Source: an uncultured Desulfosarcina sp.
Lineage (GTDB): Bacteria; Desulfobacterota; Desulfobacteria; Desulfobacterales; Desulfosarcinaceae
Direction: 5' to 3'
DNA: 64,000 nucleotides
Assembly: GCA_963674945.2 (NCBI GenBank)
Contig: CAXXWQ010000004.1
Location: 704,001 to 768,000 of the forward strand
The notes beneath the pieces were generated by a model. That model searched no databases, was not told where the DNA came from, and worked only from the letters and a program-made list of their open reading frames with translations. The position numbers and the translations under genes were made by a program. Below are positions 1 to 9,314 of the stretch, piece by piece; position 1 is the stretch's first letter, and the number at the start of each line of letters is the position of its first letter.

Positions 1-631
1 GGATTTCATTCCCGAGATCAAACGGGCCAAGCAGGAACTCGGCCTGAAAGTCGTTGTTCACACGGGAATCGTCTATCCTGAAATTGCCGAAGCCCTGGCC
101 GATACCGGAATCGATGCGGCGATGTTCGATATCATCGGTGCCAATGAGACCGCCAGACAGGTCTACCATCTCGAATGCGATATCAGTGCATTCGACGAGT
201 CCATATCTCTTCTCGAGGAGAAAAAGATACCGGTTGTCCCCCATATCATCGTCGGACTTCATTATGGCCAATTGAAGGGGGAGAAAGAAGCGTTGGCCAT
301 GCTTTCCAGGCATCGTGCCGCAGCGGTGGTGATCGTTGCGTTTATGCCCCTTGAAGGGACGCCGATGCATGGAACCGAGCCCTCATCGCCGGAAGACATC
401 ACGCGCGTGACCCTTGCCACCAGATTGTTGATGCCCGAGACACCACTTTTGCTTGGTTGTGCCCGACCGGCGGGCATGCATAAAATCGAGACGGACATCT
501 GGTCCATCAAGGCAGGTGTGGATGGCATCGCCTTTCCCAGCGAAGATGCGTGCGAGTTTGCCGAAGATCTCGGGCTCGACATCCGGTTTCACCAGGAGTG
601 CTGCTGTTTGCTATGGCAGGAAGCATCGTAA
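1..631 (+). CDS. Radical SAM protein, C-terminal part (biotin-synthase-related, probably LipS1/LipS2-type lipoyl synthase subunit); 5' truncated by window edge
   Basis: Frame is open from base 2 (DFIPEIKRAKQELGLKVVVHTG...). VPHIIVGLHYG, FMPLEGTPM and LGCARP motifs are typical of this radical SAM group. Directly upstream of a lipoate ligase. The CxxxCxxC motif is outside the window. Confidence 0.7.
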   Translation, partial: DFIPEIKRAKQELGLKVVVHTGIVYPEIAEALADTGIDAAMFDIIGANETARQVYHLECDISAFDESISLLEEKKIPVVPHIIVGLHYGQLKGEKEALAMLSRHRAAAVVIVAFMPLEGTPMHGTEPSSPEDITRVTLATRLLMPETPLLLGCARPAGMHKIETDIWSIKAGVDGIAFPSEDACEFAEDLGLDIRFHQECCCLLWQEAS

Positions 632-654
632 AAGGCAATCATAAGAGGCAATCA

Positions 655-2229
655 ATGGAACAGTGGCGATTTATCGATACGGGTTACCTGAGTGCGGCAG
701 AGAATATGGCCTTGGATGAAGTACTGGTGGAATCCCGTGCCAAAGACCTGATTCCCAATACCATCCGCCTTTTGTGGTTCGATCCTCCCGCCGTGGTGGT
801 GGGCTATCATCAGGACATCGAACAGGAGATTCGCCTGGAATACGTGCAGCCGCGCGAGATCGATATCAACCGTCGAATCACCGGCGGCGGAGCGATTTTC
901 TTCGACAGATACAGCATGGGGTGGGAAGTCATCGCGTCCAAGGCCGCCATCGATTCGGGTAGTCCCGAACAAATGTTCGAGCTCATGTGCAGTGGTGTGG
1001 TGCAAGCTCTCAATACCTTGGGTGTCAATGCGGAATTTCGTCCACAAAACGATATCGAGGTCAACGGCAAGAAGATTTCAGGAACCGGTGGAACGGAGCG
1101 TGGGGCCGCCTTTCTTTTTCAGGGTACCCTGCTGCTCGATTTCGATGTGGACACCATGGTGCGGTCCCTTAAAATACCCATCGAAAAACTGAAAGACAAA
1201 GAACTGGAATCTGCCAAGGACAGAGTCACCTGGGTCAAGCGGGAGTTAGGGCGCCTTCCATCCTACGAAGAGTTAATCGCCGCCCTGATGGCAGGATTTG
1301 AACAAGCCCTTGGTATTCGGCTTTCCCAAGGCAGCTTATCTGCTGTTGAGAAAGAACTTCTCAAAGATAAATTGCCTGAATTTCAATCCGACGACTGGAT
1401 CTATCTCGATCGCCGTCCCCTGGATGAAGCGGTCGTCGTACGTACCCTCGGGAAGACACCCGGCGGTATCGTTCGGATTTCTGCGGCCATCGACCGCAGC
1501 GTGAATATCATCAAAAGTATTCTCATTAACGGCGATTTCTTCGTGTTTCCATCCCGCGGCATACTGGACTTGGAAGCGGCGCTTAAATTTTCATCTTGTA
1601 AAGAGGAATCGATCCGAAAAAGGGTTGCCGATTTTTTCGGAGCCAATCCGGTCGAGATCCCCGGACTGGATCCTGATGATCTGGCGGACCTGATCATCGA
1701 GGCGACGGATAGGGCGACATTTGACAATCTCGATATCAGCTTTACCGAGGCCAACAGCATCTACGCCGTAGGCAAGCGTATTCGGGACCTTCTGAGCTAC
1801 GACTATGATCACCTTCTGTTGCCTTACTGCTCCAAGCTGATCGAATGTGAATTCCGGCGAAAGGAAGGGTGCATCCGATGCGGTGAATGCTCCATCGGAC
1901 AGGCGTATGACGATGCCGAGGCAGCAGGATTGATTCCTTTGACAATTCAGTCCTTCGAGCATCTGATGGATACGTTGCGTGCTATGAAGAAAAAAGGTGC
2001 GAGAGGTTACATCGGCTGCTGCTGTGAGGCATTTTATGCCAAGCATCGGGATGAGATGGAGGAAACCGGCGTTCCGGGACTGATCATCGATATCGATAAT
2101 ACCACCTGCTATGATCTGGGAAAAGAAGATGAAGCATACGTAGGCAGCTTCGAAAGCCAGACGTGTGTCAAGACCGAATTGCTCTCAAAGGTTTTGAACA
2201 TTATTCAAAACCAGAAAACAGCGGCGTAA
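655..2229 (+). CDS. lplA: Lipoate-protein ligase A fused to a C-terminal Cys-rich DUF116-like domain
   Basis: Start placed at MEQWRFIDTG. Has NMALDE, RRITGGGAIF, NDIEVNGKKISG and FQGTLL, then an LplA C-domain (TPGGIV...GDFF), then LPYC...CIRCGECSIG...GCCCEAF. Confidence 0.85.
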   Translation: MEQWRFIDTGYLSAAENMALDEVLVESRAKDLIPNTIRLLWFDPPAVVVGYHQDIEQEIRLEYVQPREIDINRRITGGGAIFFDRYSMGWEVIASKAAIDSGSPEQMFELMCSGVVQALNTLGVNAEFRPQNDIEVNGKKISGTGGTERGAAFLFQGTLLLDFDVDTMVRSLKIPIEKLKDKELESAKDRVTWVKRELGRLPSYEELIAALMAGFEQALGIRLSQGSLSAVEKELLKDKLPEFQSDDWIYLDRRPLDEAVVVRTLGKTPGGIVRISAAIDRSVNIIKSILINGDFFVFPSRGILDLEAALKFSSCKEESIRKRVADFFGANPVEIPGLDPDDLADLIIEATDRATFDNLDISFTEANSIYAVGKRIRDLLSYDYDHLLLPYCSKLIECEFRRKEGCIRCGECSIGQAYDDAEAAGLIPLTIQSFEHLMDTLRAMKKKGARGYIGCCCEAFYAKHRDEMEETGVPGLIIDIDNTTCYDLGKEDEAYVGSFESQTCVKTELLSKVLNIIQNQKTAA

Positions 2230-2230
2230 T

Positions 2231-3304
2231 ATGATGTCCGTCGATGTCATCATCGTAGGCGGCGGCCCGGCCGGTGCATCCTGTGCCATTACCTGCGCCA
2301 GGCAGGGCCAGCGCACCGTACTCTTGGAAAAGGGGAAGCCCGGCCGGCACAAGGTCTGCGGCGGAGTCATGCCGTCTGTCTGCAATCTTATTCTTGAAGA
2401 TGACCTGGAACTCAAAATACCGGACGATGTGCTTTGCTCTCCGTCAACCTTAGGGCTTTACTACGTTCCGCCAAGTGGCAGAACGTCCGGCGCCGCCATG
2501 TCCAACTATCGACTGATCAATGTCAACAGGGATCGATTCGACCGCTGGCTTTGCCAGGAAGCGGAGAAGGCGGGCGCAACTGTATTATATGAAACACGAT
2601 TCTTCGAGTTTACCCAGGATGATTCGATTACGGTTCGTGCAAAAAAACGAGACAACCCCGTCGAAATAAAATCCCGATTTCTCATCGGCGCAGACGGTGT
2701 ATTTTCGAAGGTTCGAAAACAGCTCTATCCCGGCTCCAAACGAAATATCATGACGGCACTGCAGGAGTGCTGGAAGGCAGAGGGTGAGTTCGACGATCAT
2801 TTTTATACCTTTCTGAGACAAGAAGTAACGCCAACCTATGGGTACGTTATTCCCAAAGACGGCCTTTTCTTGATCGGCACAGGAACGATTACAGGCGCCG
2901 CCGTCTCCCTTTCCGAAAACATGCGGCGTTTTAAACAGTGGCTGAATGCGGAATTTCAATTCGCACCTGAATCATTGGTAAGCAGAGAAGGAGGGGTGAT
3001 CCCCTATCATTCTTTGTTTGGCGGTGAACACAATGTGATTCTGGTCGGCGATGCGGCGGGTTTTTGCAATCCCTTTTCCGGAGAAGGGATCCGGCTCGGT
3101 ATGGAAAGTGGAATCATGGCCGCGGAATCGCTACAGCAGGCGATTGACAACGATACCGAACTTTCCCCATTATATCATCGGCAAGTTAAGGGAATCGGCG
3201 ATTTTGTCTCCAGCACCTATCAGTTTGCCGCTTCATTGACGGATGAAGAGATGGAGAAATTCGTCAAGACGGAACTGCAACGCAGGTCATTTGTGCAATC
3301 GTAG
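2231..3304 (+). CDS. Geranylgeranyl-reductase-family FAD/NAD(P) oxidoreductase (LipT-like in this context)
   Basis: GGGPAG, KVCGG, RDRFDRWL, IGADG and GDAAGFCNPFSGEGI motifs. Confidence 0.85.
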   Translation: MMSVDVIIVGGGPAGASCAITCARQGQRTVLLEKGKPGRHKVCGGVMPSVCNLILEDDLELKIPDDVLCSPSTLGLYYVPPSGRTSGAAMSNYRLINVNRDRFDRWLCQEAEKAGATVLYETRFFEFTQDDSITVRAKKRDNPVEIKSRFLIGADGVFSKVRKQLYPGSKRNIMTALQECWKAEGEFDDHFYTFLRQEVTPTYGYVIPKDGLFLIGTGTITGAAVSLSENMRRFKQWLNAEFQFAPESLVSREGGVIPYHSLFGGEHNVILVGDAAGFCNPFSGEGIRLGMESGIMAAESLQQAIDNDTELSPLYHRQVKGIGDFVSSTYQFAASLTDEEMEKFVKTELQRRSFVQS

Positions 3305-3353
3305 GAAGGTTGTATTTCCAGGTGCCAATCGTTTGGAAACATGAAATTTTCAA

Positions 3354-3398
3354 AACAGGACGGTTAATTGGGATCTAACCGTCCTGTTCTGCTTTTTT
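3354..3398 (+). terminator. Intrinsic terminator after the lipoate operon
   Basis: 13-bp stem AACAGGACGGTTA/TAACCGTCCTGTT followed by a T-rich tract. Confidence 0.7.
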
Positions 3399-3583
3399 AC
3401 GCAATCTTTTTTTTAATGTCTCCGGACCGGGAGTGATAAACCATCGAGGATTGGGGCTGTCCGTTTCACCTATTTCGCTTATATTTCGGACAGATGTGAA
3501 TTTCAGGCAATGCAAGCCATATATATAACGTAAGAAAATGATCAACTGATGTCATTTACTACACATCGTCATTTGAAGATATC

Positions 3584-3790
3584 TTACACCGCTTTCACCC
3601 GCTTTGATTCAACTGTTACCGTGTTTCGCCCCATGAATGGCTCTATCAGTTTAACCGTAATATTCTGAGAAGAATCATCAACCGAAGTAACCTTTCCAGA
3701 CAAATGAACACCGTCGCTTACGACAACTCCAGTTGCTTGAAATCCCGACATGTCTACCGATACGCGTTGTCCGACTTTCACCTCTGCCAT
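3584..3790 (-). CDS. Small hypothetical protein (68 aa), beta-rich, SH3/KOW-like pattern
   Basis: Strong SD (AGGAGG) upstream of the ATG. VKVGQRVSV...GKVTSVD...ITVKL...TVTVESKRV pattern. Confidence 0.65.
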   Translation of the reverse strand: MAEVKVGQRVSVDMSGFQATGVVVSDGVHLSGKVTSVDDSSQNITVKLIEPFMGRNTVTVESKRVKAV

Positions 3791-4330
3791 AATAACCTCC
3801 TATTGTGTAAATCATCATTAATATGCCACATGCATTTACTGCTTAGCTGGGAAAAGTAAATATTAAAAAATCGATTTTCATGAGTCAAGTTATTTTTATT
3901 GAAAAAGGAAAAATCAAGCCTCTATAATGTAAATTCTTTACTCATACGGAGAAGGATTCTTCACATGCAGTAGAACGGATTCTATTTTTGTGGCTACATA
4001 TATGGCTACGTACGATCATATCGCAAGGACAAAGATAGGGAATCAGTCAGACGAATTTAGCTACTTTTTGTTCCTGTTTTTTCTTTTGATCTTCCTTATT
4101 CAATCCTACTTGAATTTCAGAACATGGTGCAGATGAAATGAAGTTGGTGTACAGACACACCTTGGATACAAATCCCAGTCGAATCCTTGCCAGTTGGTGA
4201 TTTTAGCAATTTTCACCTAATTTCCGATAGCATAAATCGATGATTCTGTGCACCATGAATTATGTTTATTTATTAAGAAAAAAAGCTTTTCAAATAAGCA
4301 ATACACCGTTATCACAACTAAAATAGTCTC

Positions 4331-4346
4331 AGGCACCTACTTTGCA
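4331..4346 (+). promoter_or_regulatory. Candidate sigma54 -24/-12 promoter
   Basis: AGGCAC-CTACT-TTGCA, with correct GG/GC spacing. Confidence 0.5.
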
Positions 4347-4414
4347 TGTAAATATTCAACCTGCTTCATTTACAGAATCATATTCAATTTAAAATAGGCG
4401 CAATCGTGCTGCCT

Positions 4415-4444
4415 TCGGCAATAGTTTTTGTTGCCGATTTTTTT
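4415..4444 (+). terminator. Terminator-like hairpin about 70 nt downstream of the candidate sigma54 promoter
   Basis: Stem TCGGCAATAG/TTGTTGCCGA (two G-U pairs) followed by T7. Confidence 0.55.
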
Positions 4445-4652
4445 GCTCTTTACCATACGACACATCTCGGTGTATGCTGAAAAAGCAATACAGTTGTCGA
4501 GCTCTTGCTGGGGACACGACTCGACAATCTCTTTCGTTCGAAAATGAAGTCTTATTTATATACATCCGATAATATTCCACTTTATTCAATTCTGTGCGGA
4601 GAAGCCGTACATCTTTTGACTCTATGCTACATTTAAAACGGGAGGAGGAGGA

Positions 4653-4772
4653 ATGAGTATTACGATGGGAAAGGGTCGCGCATTGACCATGGCAGCAATT
4701 GTACCACTATCCGGCAATGCTATTTCAGGATCGGGTACCAGGAGCATTTCGACCAAGAGTACGTATTGGTAA
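4653..4772 (+). CDS. Possible 39-aa small ORF (MSITMGKGRALTMAAIVPLSGNAISGSGTRSISTKSTYW)
   Basis: Preceded by GGAGGAGGAGGA. No recognisable domain. Too short for the ORF track. Confidence 0.3.
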   Translation: MSITMGKGRALTMAAIVPLSGNAISGSGTRSISTKSTYW

Positions 4773-4934
4773 CATTTTTCTCCCCTTTTTATTCACCAGA
4801 CCTCAAGTCTAAAGAGCCGTCCTGGATCCATAACAAAGGGAACGCTGTCTATCGCTATGTTATTCATGCAAAGAATCGACGTATAATTTGTGGGCACTGA
4901 TGTGGACTATCAATCTTTAAAGGAGGAGAGGAAG

Positions 4935-6488
4935 ATGAGGCATTTGAAAAGTCAAAGGAACATTTTGATAACGATGGCATGCATTCTTGGCGTGTTTTCG
5001 TTTCTTGGATCTGCGGATGCGGCGAAATGGTATTTGGGATCCGACACACAACTACTTATGGACGTTTCACTCACCTACGGGACTGGAATAAGGGTGTCTG
5101 ACCGGGACGCCGAATTACTGGCCGATGTCATCAAAGATGACAGCAACCGGAATTTCGACCAGTGGGACTTTTTCAACAACAAGATCACCGCCCTTGCGGA
5201 CATCGAATTCATCTATAAGGACTTTGGCGTATTCGTCCGGCCCAAGGCGTTTTATGACTATGTGTACATGTCAGACAACTCCAATGACGGTTCCAGCAAT
5301 GCCACCAACAGTGCCTATGTCGGCGGCCTCATCGATGAACCGGATCAATGGGCCGATGAGATCGAGGATATCCACGGCATGAACGCCGAAATCCTGGATC
5401 TTTTCGCATATTACGGATTCCGGCTGGGCGAAGTGCCCTTTGACCTCCGTGTGGGAAAACAGGTCATCGCCTGGGGCGAGAGCAGCTACATTCCGGGCAT
5501 GAATTCGGCCCAGGCCCCCATTGATGCTGCCGCCGCGGTCGCAGTGGGAACAGAGGTAAAAGAGATCTTTCTGCCCACGGGAGCGGTTTATCTTCAGACA
5601 GGCTTCTGGGATTTCGGACTGCGCGGTTACTATCAGTGGGAGTGGGAAAAAAACAGACTGATGGAAGGCGGGACCTTTCTTTCGTCTGCGGACATGCTCG
5701 ATGAAATCAAGGCGCCCCTTATAGCAGAATTAGGACCAGGGGCCTATATAAACTTGCCTCGGATAAAGGATGATGAACCCAGAGACGACGGACAGTTCGG
5801 TGTCGCGCTGTCATATATGCTGCCGTGGGCCGCAACGGAGATCGCGGGGTATTATCTCAACTATCACGAGAAGAGCCAGGCAATTATAGATGCCGGTGCT
5901 ACCGGGTATAAGATTATCTTTCCGGAAGACATCAAGCTGTATGGCTTCACCGTCAGTTCTGTGATCGGAGACACCCAGGTAGGCTTCGAAGTCACCTATC
6001 GAGACGACATCGTCTTCCAGGACGCCGAAGCACGGACGATTAATGAGGGTGGCTTCTGGCAGACACAGGCAAGTTTTACCTACCTCAAAAGCCCGGGATG
6101 GTTCAATGTGGCGGATCGAATTATCGTGTCCGGTGAAGCCGCGTACTGCGCCCAAGTCGACCTCAAGGGGATAGAGGGACGGCCGGAAGAAGGTATCGAT
6201 GGGAGAGAGGAGGAAGGTTTCAAGTATGTCGCCGTACTCAATTTTGATTGGTTCCAGGTGCTGCAAAGAACGGATTTCGGCTTCAACGTGAAATATTCCG
6301 AAATCCCCAAAGGGGACGATTATCTCAAACCGGTAGATTTTCAGGAAAATAAAAATGCCGTCTCCGTCGGTGTGGATATGGTTTTCAATGATGTCTGGGA
6401 AGCCGATCTTACCTATGAAAACCGATTGCACAACAATGATCTATCGGATCGCGATACGATTTCCTTTAAACTGTCATACGCATTCTAA
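4935..6488 (+). CDS. DUF1302-family outer-membrane protein
   Basis: SD AGGAGGAG before MRHLK. Signal peptide, DDSNRNF, RVGKQVIAWGES, YYQWEW, and DRDTISFKLSYAF with terminal Phe. Confidence 0.85.
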   Translation: MRHLKSQRNILITMACILGVFSFLGSADAAKWYLGSDTQLLMDVSLTYGTGIRVSDRDAELLADVIKDDSNRNFDQWDFFNNKITALADIEFIYKDFGVFVRPKAFYDYVYMSDNSNDGSSNATNSAYVGGLIDEPDQWADEIEDIHGMNAEILDLFAYYGFRLGEVPFDLRVGKQVIAWGESSYIPGMNSAQAPIDAAAAVAVGTEVKEIFLPTGAVYLQTGFWDFGLRGYYQWEWEKNRLMEGGTFLSSADMLDEIKAPLIAELGPGAYINLPRIKDDEPRDDGQFGVALSYMLPWAATEIAGYYLNYHEKSQAIIDAGATGYKIIFPEDIKLYGFTVSSVIGDTQVGFEVTYRDDIVFQDAEARTINEGGFWQTQASFTYLKSPGWFNVADRIIVSGEAAYCAQVDLKGIEGRPEEGIDGREEEGFKYVAVLNFDWFQVLQRTDFGFNVKYSEIPKGDDYLKPVDFQENKNAVSVGVDMVFNDVWEADLTYENRLHNNDLSDRDTISFKLSYAF

Positions 6489-6543
6489 ACTAGACATGAA
6501 GACATTCATTTTACATCAAGCATGAAAATGGGAGGAGAACTTC

Positions 6544-7917
6544 ATGAACAGTACCACGTGTAGAACTATATTGTCCGTGATGTTGGCGACCCTGCTGGTG
6601 TGTATGACAATGCCTGCTCTTGCGAAGGTAACTGCTGAAGAGGCAGCGAAACTGAAAACAGAATTAACTCCCGTTGGCGCCGAACGGGCGGGAAACAAAG
6701 AGGGGACCATCCCCGAATGGACCGGCGGACTTACCCAGATTCCCGAAGGCATCGATTATGTAGCCAAATCCGGGAATATCCACCCGGATCCGTTTGCCGG
6801 CGACAAGGTCCTGTTTACCATTACGGCACAGAATGTCGATCAATACAAAGACAAACTATCTGCGGGTATCGTGAAAATGTTCGAACTATACCCGGAGACC
6901 TTCAAGATCCATGTCTACCCCACCAGAAGATCTGCCGCATTTTCCCAAAAACATTATGAGAGTACCTATAACAACGCCCTGACGGCAGAAGTTGTCGATG
7001 AATACGGAAGCGTGACCAATTTCGGTATGGGGTTTCCGTTTCCCATTCCCAAGAGCGGCATGGAGGTCATGTTAAATTTCGTTTTCATACCCCATGGATC
7101 CAAAAATATAAAACAGACGTTTGGCGGCGGAATCATACAGGCAAGCGGCAAATTCAATGAGCAACATGCAACGAATTATCTTCTCTATAAAATTGAAAGC
7201 GGAGAACCATTTGATCCACAGGACTATGTCTTTGGAAAAATCGTTGAAATGACGATGCCCGGCCGCGTGGGCGAATTGTATCTCATGATGGACCCGGCAG
7301 ACTATACGAAAAATGACGCTGTGGGCTGGTCATATGTACCGGGTATGCGTCGTGTGCGCCGGAATCCCAACATGTTTTACGATGGCCTTGATTCTTCCGC
7401 CGGCGGGATTGGGGTCAGCGATGGATCGTGGATGTGGAAGGGAAAACTCGACCGGTTCGATTGGAAATTGGTCGGAAAAAAAGAGATGTACATCCCCTAC
7501 AACACGTATCAGACCGACCTGCCTCCCTCACAGGAGGTGATATTTACCCCCCATCATCCCAATCCGGAATATATCCGCTGGGAGCTTCACCGGGTATGGG
7601 TCGTCTCCCACACCCTCAAGGAAGGTTCGCGGCATGTTTACGGCGAACGGCATTATTATTTCGATGAAGACTCCTGGAATTGCGCTGCCATCGACAAATA
7701 CGACAAACGCGGAAGCCTGTGGCGAATGTCATTTGCACAAGGAAAACAATTTTATGACTTCCCTGTGTTCCGTCAGACGCAATACTATCATTTCGATTTC
7801 CAGGTGGACTTCTATGCTGCATTTAAGACAATGAATGGTTTCCCACCCGAATCTTACGATGATATACCAAACGACTTCTTCTCAGTTCAAAATTTACGAA
7901 AATTGGGCAAACGGTAA
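6544..7917 (+). CDS. DUF1329-family periplasmic protein
   Basis: Signal peptide. LTPVGAERAGNKEGTIPEWTGG, YPTRR, PFPIPKSG, GMRRVRR, RWELHRVWVV and DEDSW motifs. Confidence 0.9.
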   Translation: MNSTTCRTILSVMLATLLVCMTMPALAKVTAEEAAKLKTELTPVGAERAGNKEGTIPEWTGGLTQIPEGIDYVAKSGNIHPDPFAGDKVLFTITAQNVDQYKDKLSAGIVKMFELYPETFKIHVYPTRRSAAFSQKHYESTYNNALTAEVVDEYGSVTNFGMGFPFPIPKSGMEVMLNFVFIPHGSKNIKQTFGGGIIQASGKFNEQHATNYLLYKIESGEPFDPQDYVFGKIVEMTMPGRVGELYLMMDPADYTKNDAVGWSYVPGMRRVRRNPNMFYDGLDSSAGGIGVSDGSWMWKGKLDRFDWKLVGKKEMYIPYNTYQTDLPPSQEVIFTPHHPNPEYIRWELHRVWVVSHTLKEGSRHVYGERHYYFDEDSWNCAAIDKYDKRGSLWRMSFAQGKQFYDFPVFRQTQYYHFDFQVDFYAAFKTMNGFPPESYDDIPNDFFSVQNLRKLGKR

Positions 7918-7965
7918 TCGCAAGGTGATAGTCGGACGAAAGAACGCATGGGAAACACCAAAATG

Positions 7966-8000
7966 AGTGAGAAGGTCGGTATCCCGCCGACCTTCTCACT
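7966..8000 (+). terminator. Intercistronic stem-loop after DUF1329 (partial terminator or mRNA stabiliser)
   Basis: 14-bp perfect stem AGTGAGAAGGTCGG/CCGACCTTCTCACT with only a short T run. Confidence 0.55.
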
Positions 8001-8123
8001 TTACGAATCCGCTTGCACTTTCTCTACGAACGAACCTGAAAATCAATTAAATGAAAAAAGGTATAAAATTTCGTAACAGTTCTATGCCTTTTCTAACGAA
8101 ACGAAAAAGGTGAAATTGAAAAA

Positions 8124-9296
8124 ATGGAAAATCGATTCAGCGAGCATAAAAAAAACCAAAGAAAATACTTGGTTGTAATCGGTTGCATTCTGCTTTTCCT
8201 ATGCTCCGCAATGCCAACCTTTGGCGAGACCTTAGACATGCTGAAAGTGCCGGCGGAAAAAGCCGACTGGGCGCCATATTCAATGCTTATGGATGCAACG
8301 AAGGTGGATAACCGGCTGGTGGCAGTAGGTGAATGGGGGTACATCCTGTATTCGGATAACGAATGCGACGGTTGGAACCAGGCAGAAGTGCCGGTGAGCG
8401 TTACCCTGACAGCAGTCTATTTTCCGACCTATGATCAAGGATGGGTTGTCGGTCACGACGGTGTGGTGCTTCATACCGAAGACGGTGGTGAAACCTGGAA
8501 AAAGCAACTGGACGGCACGCAGATCGGCCAGATGGTATATGACCAGGTAAAGCATATGGTGAAAACCAACAGCGATCTTCTTTCCGACCAGGAATCCGGG
8601 CTGACTGAAGAAGAACGGGAGGAAATGGAAATAACGGCAGAGGACCTGGATTTTTTCCTGAAGGATGTGGAATTCTTTATGGAACAAGGTCCCGCTCAGC
8701 CGTTGATGGATGTTTGGTTCAAAAATGAGAAGGAGGGTATCATTATCGGCGCCTTCGGCTTCATCCTTTCCACGAAAGACGGCGGAAAGACATGGCAGCC
8801 CATTTTGGACCGCATCGATAATTTGGGAAACACCTTATACGCCATCACCCGCTCCGGCGACGACCTGTTCATTTCCGGGGAGGCTGGAATATTATACCGG
8901 TCAGAAGATTTCGGCCAGAGCTGGCAGCGTTTAGAATCTCCCTACGACGGGACCTTTTTCGGCATTGTCGGAGATCCATCCGGGGGTTTTGTATCGGCTT
9001 TCGGGATGGCGGGTCATATCTTTAATTCAACGGACCGGGGAGAAACCTGGACACCCTCGGAGACCAACCAAGGAGAACTTCTTTTCGGCGGTGCCTTCTT
9101 ATCGGATGGCTCCTTTTGCGTTGTGGGCCGTAACGGTGTCATTTTGAGGAGCATAGACCGGGGAAAAACCTTCACCCCCCTTGCCAATCGTTACCGCGGG
9201 CCTGGTATGGCCATTGTTGAGCTGCAAAAAGACGTTCTGGCGGTGGTGGGGCTCACAGGGGCTTCCCGGATTGAAATCAACAAACCAAGCAACTAA
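8124..9296 (+). CDS. YCF48-like / BNR-repeat beta-propeller protein
   Basis: Repeated S/TxDxGxTW motifs and GWVVGHDGVVL. Canonical position between DUF1329 and the RND gene. Confidence 0.85.
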   Translation: MENRFSEHKKNQRKYLVVIGCILLFLCSAMPTFGETLDMLKVPAEKADWAPYSMLMDATKVDNRLVAVGEWGYILYSDNECDGWNQAEVPVSVTLTAVYFPTYDQGWVVGHDGVVLHTEDGGETWKKQLDGTQIGQMVYDQVKHMVKTNSDLLSDQESGLTEEEREEMEITAEDLDFFLKDVEFFMEQGPAQPLMDVWFKNEKEGIIIGAFGFILSTKDGGKTWQPILDRIDNLGNTLYAITRSGDDLFISGEAGILYRSEDFGQSWQRLESPYDGTFFGIVGDPSGGFVSAFGMAGHIFNSTDRGETWTPSETNQGELLFGGAFLSDGSFCVVGRNGVILRSIDRGKTFTPLANRYRGPGMAIVELQKDVLAVVGLTGASRIEINKPSN

Positions 9297-9314
9297 AAAT
9301 AGAGGAAAATCAAG

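Noticed and set aside
550..654. Upstream extension of lplA; similar extensions for GRE1 (23614), GRE2 (37902), Lrp1, Lrp2 and SDR 45997
   Set aside because: Downstream ATGs have better SDs and/or match the paralogue or family N-termini.
3991..4009. TGGCTAC direct repeat resembling integrase arm sites
   Set aside because: Only two 7-bp copies, with no integrase, tRNA or att core in view.
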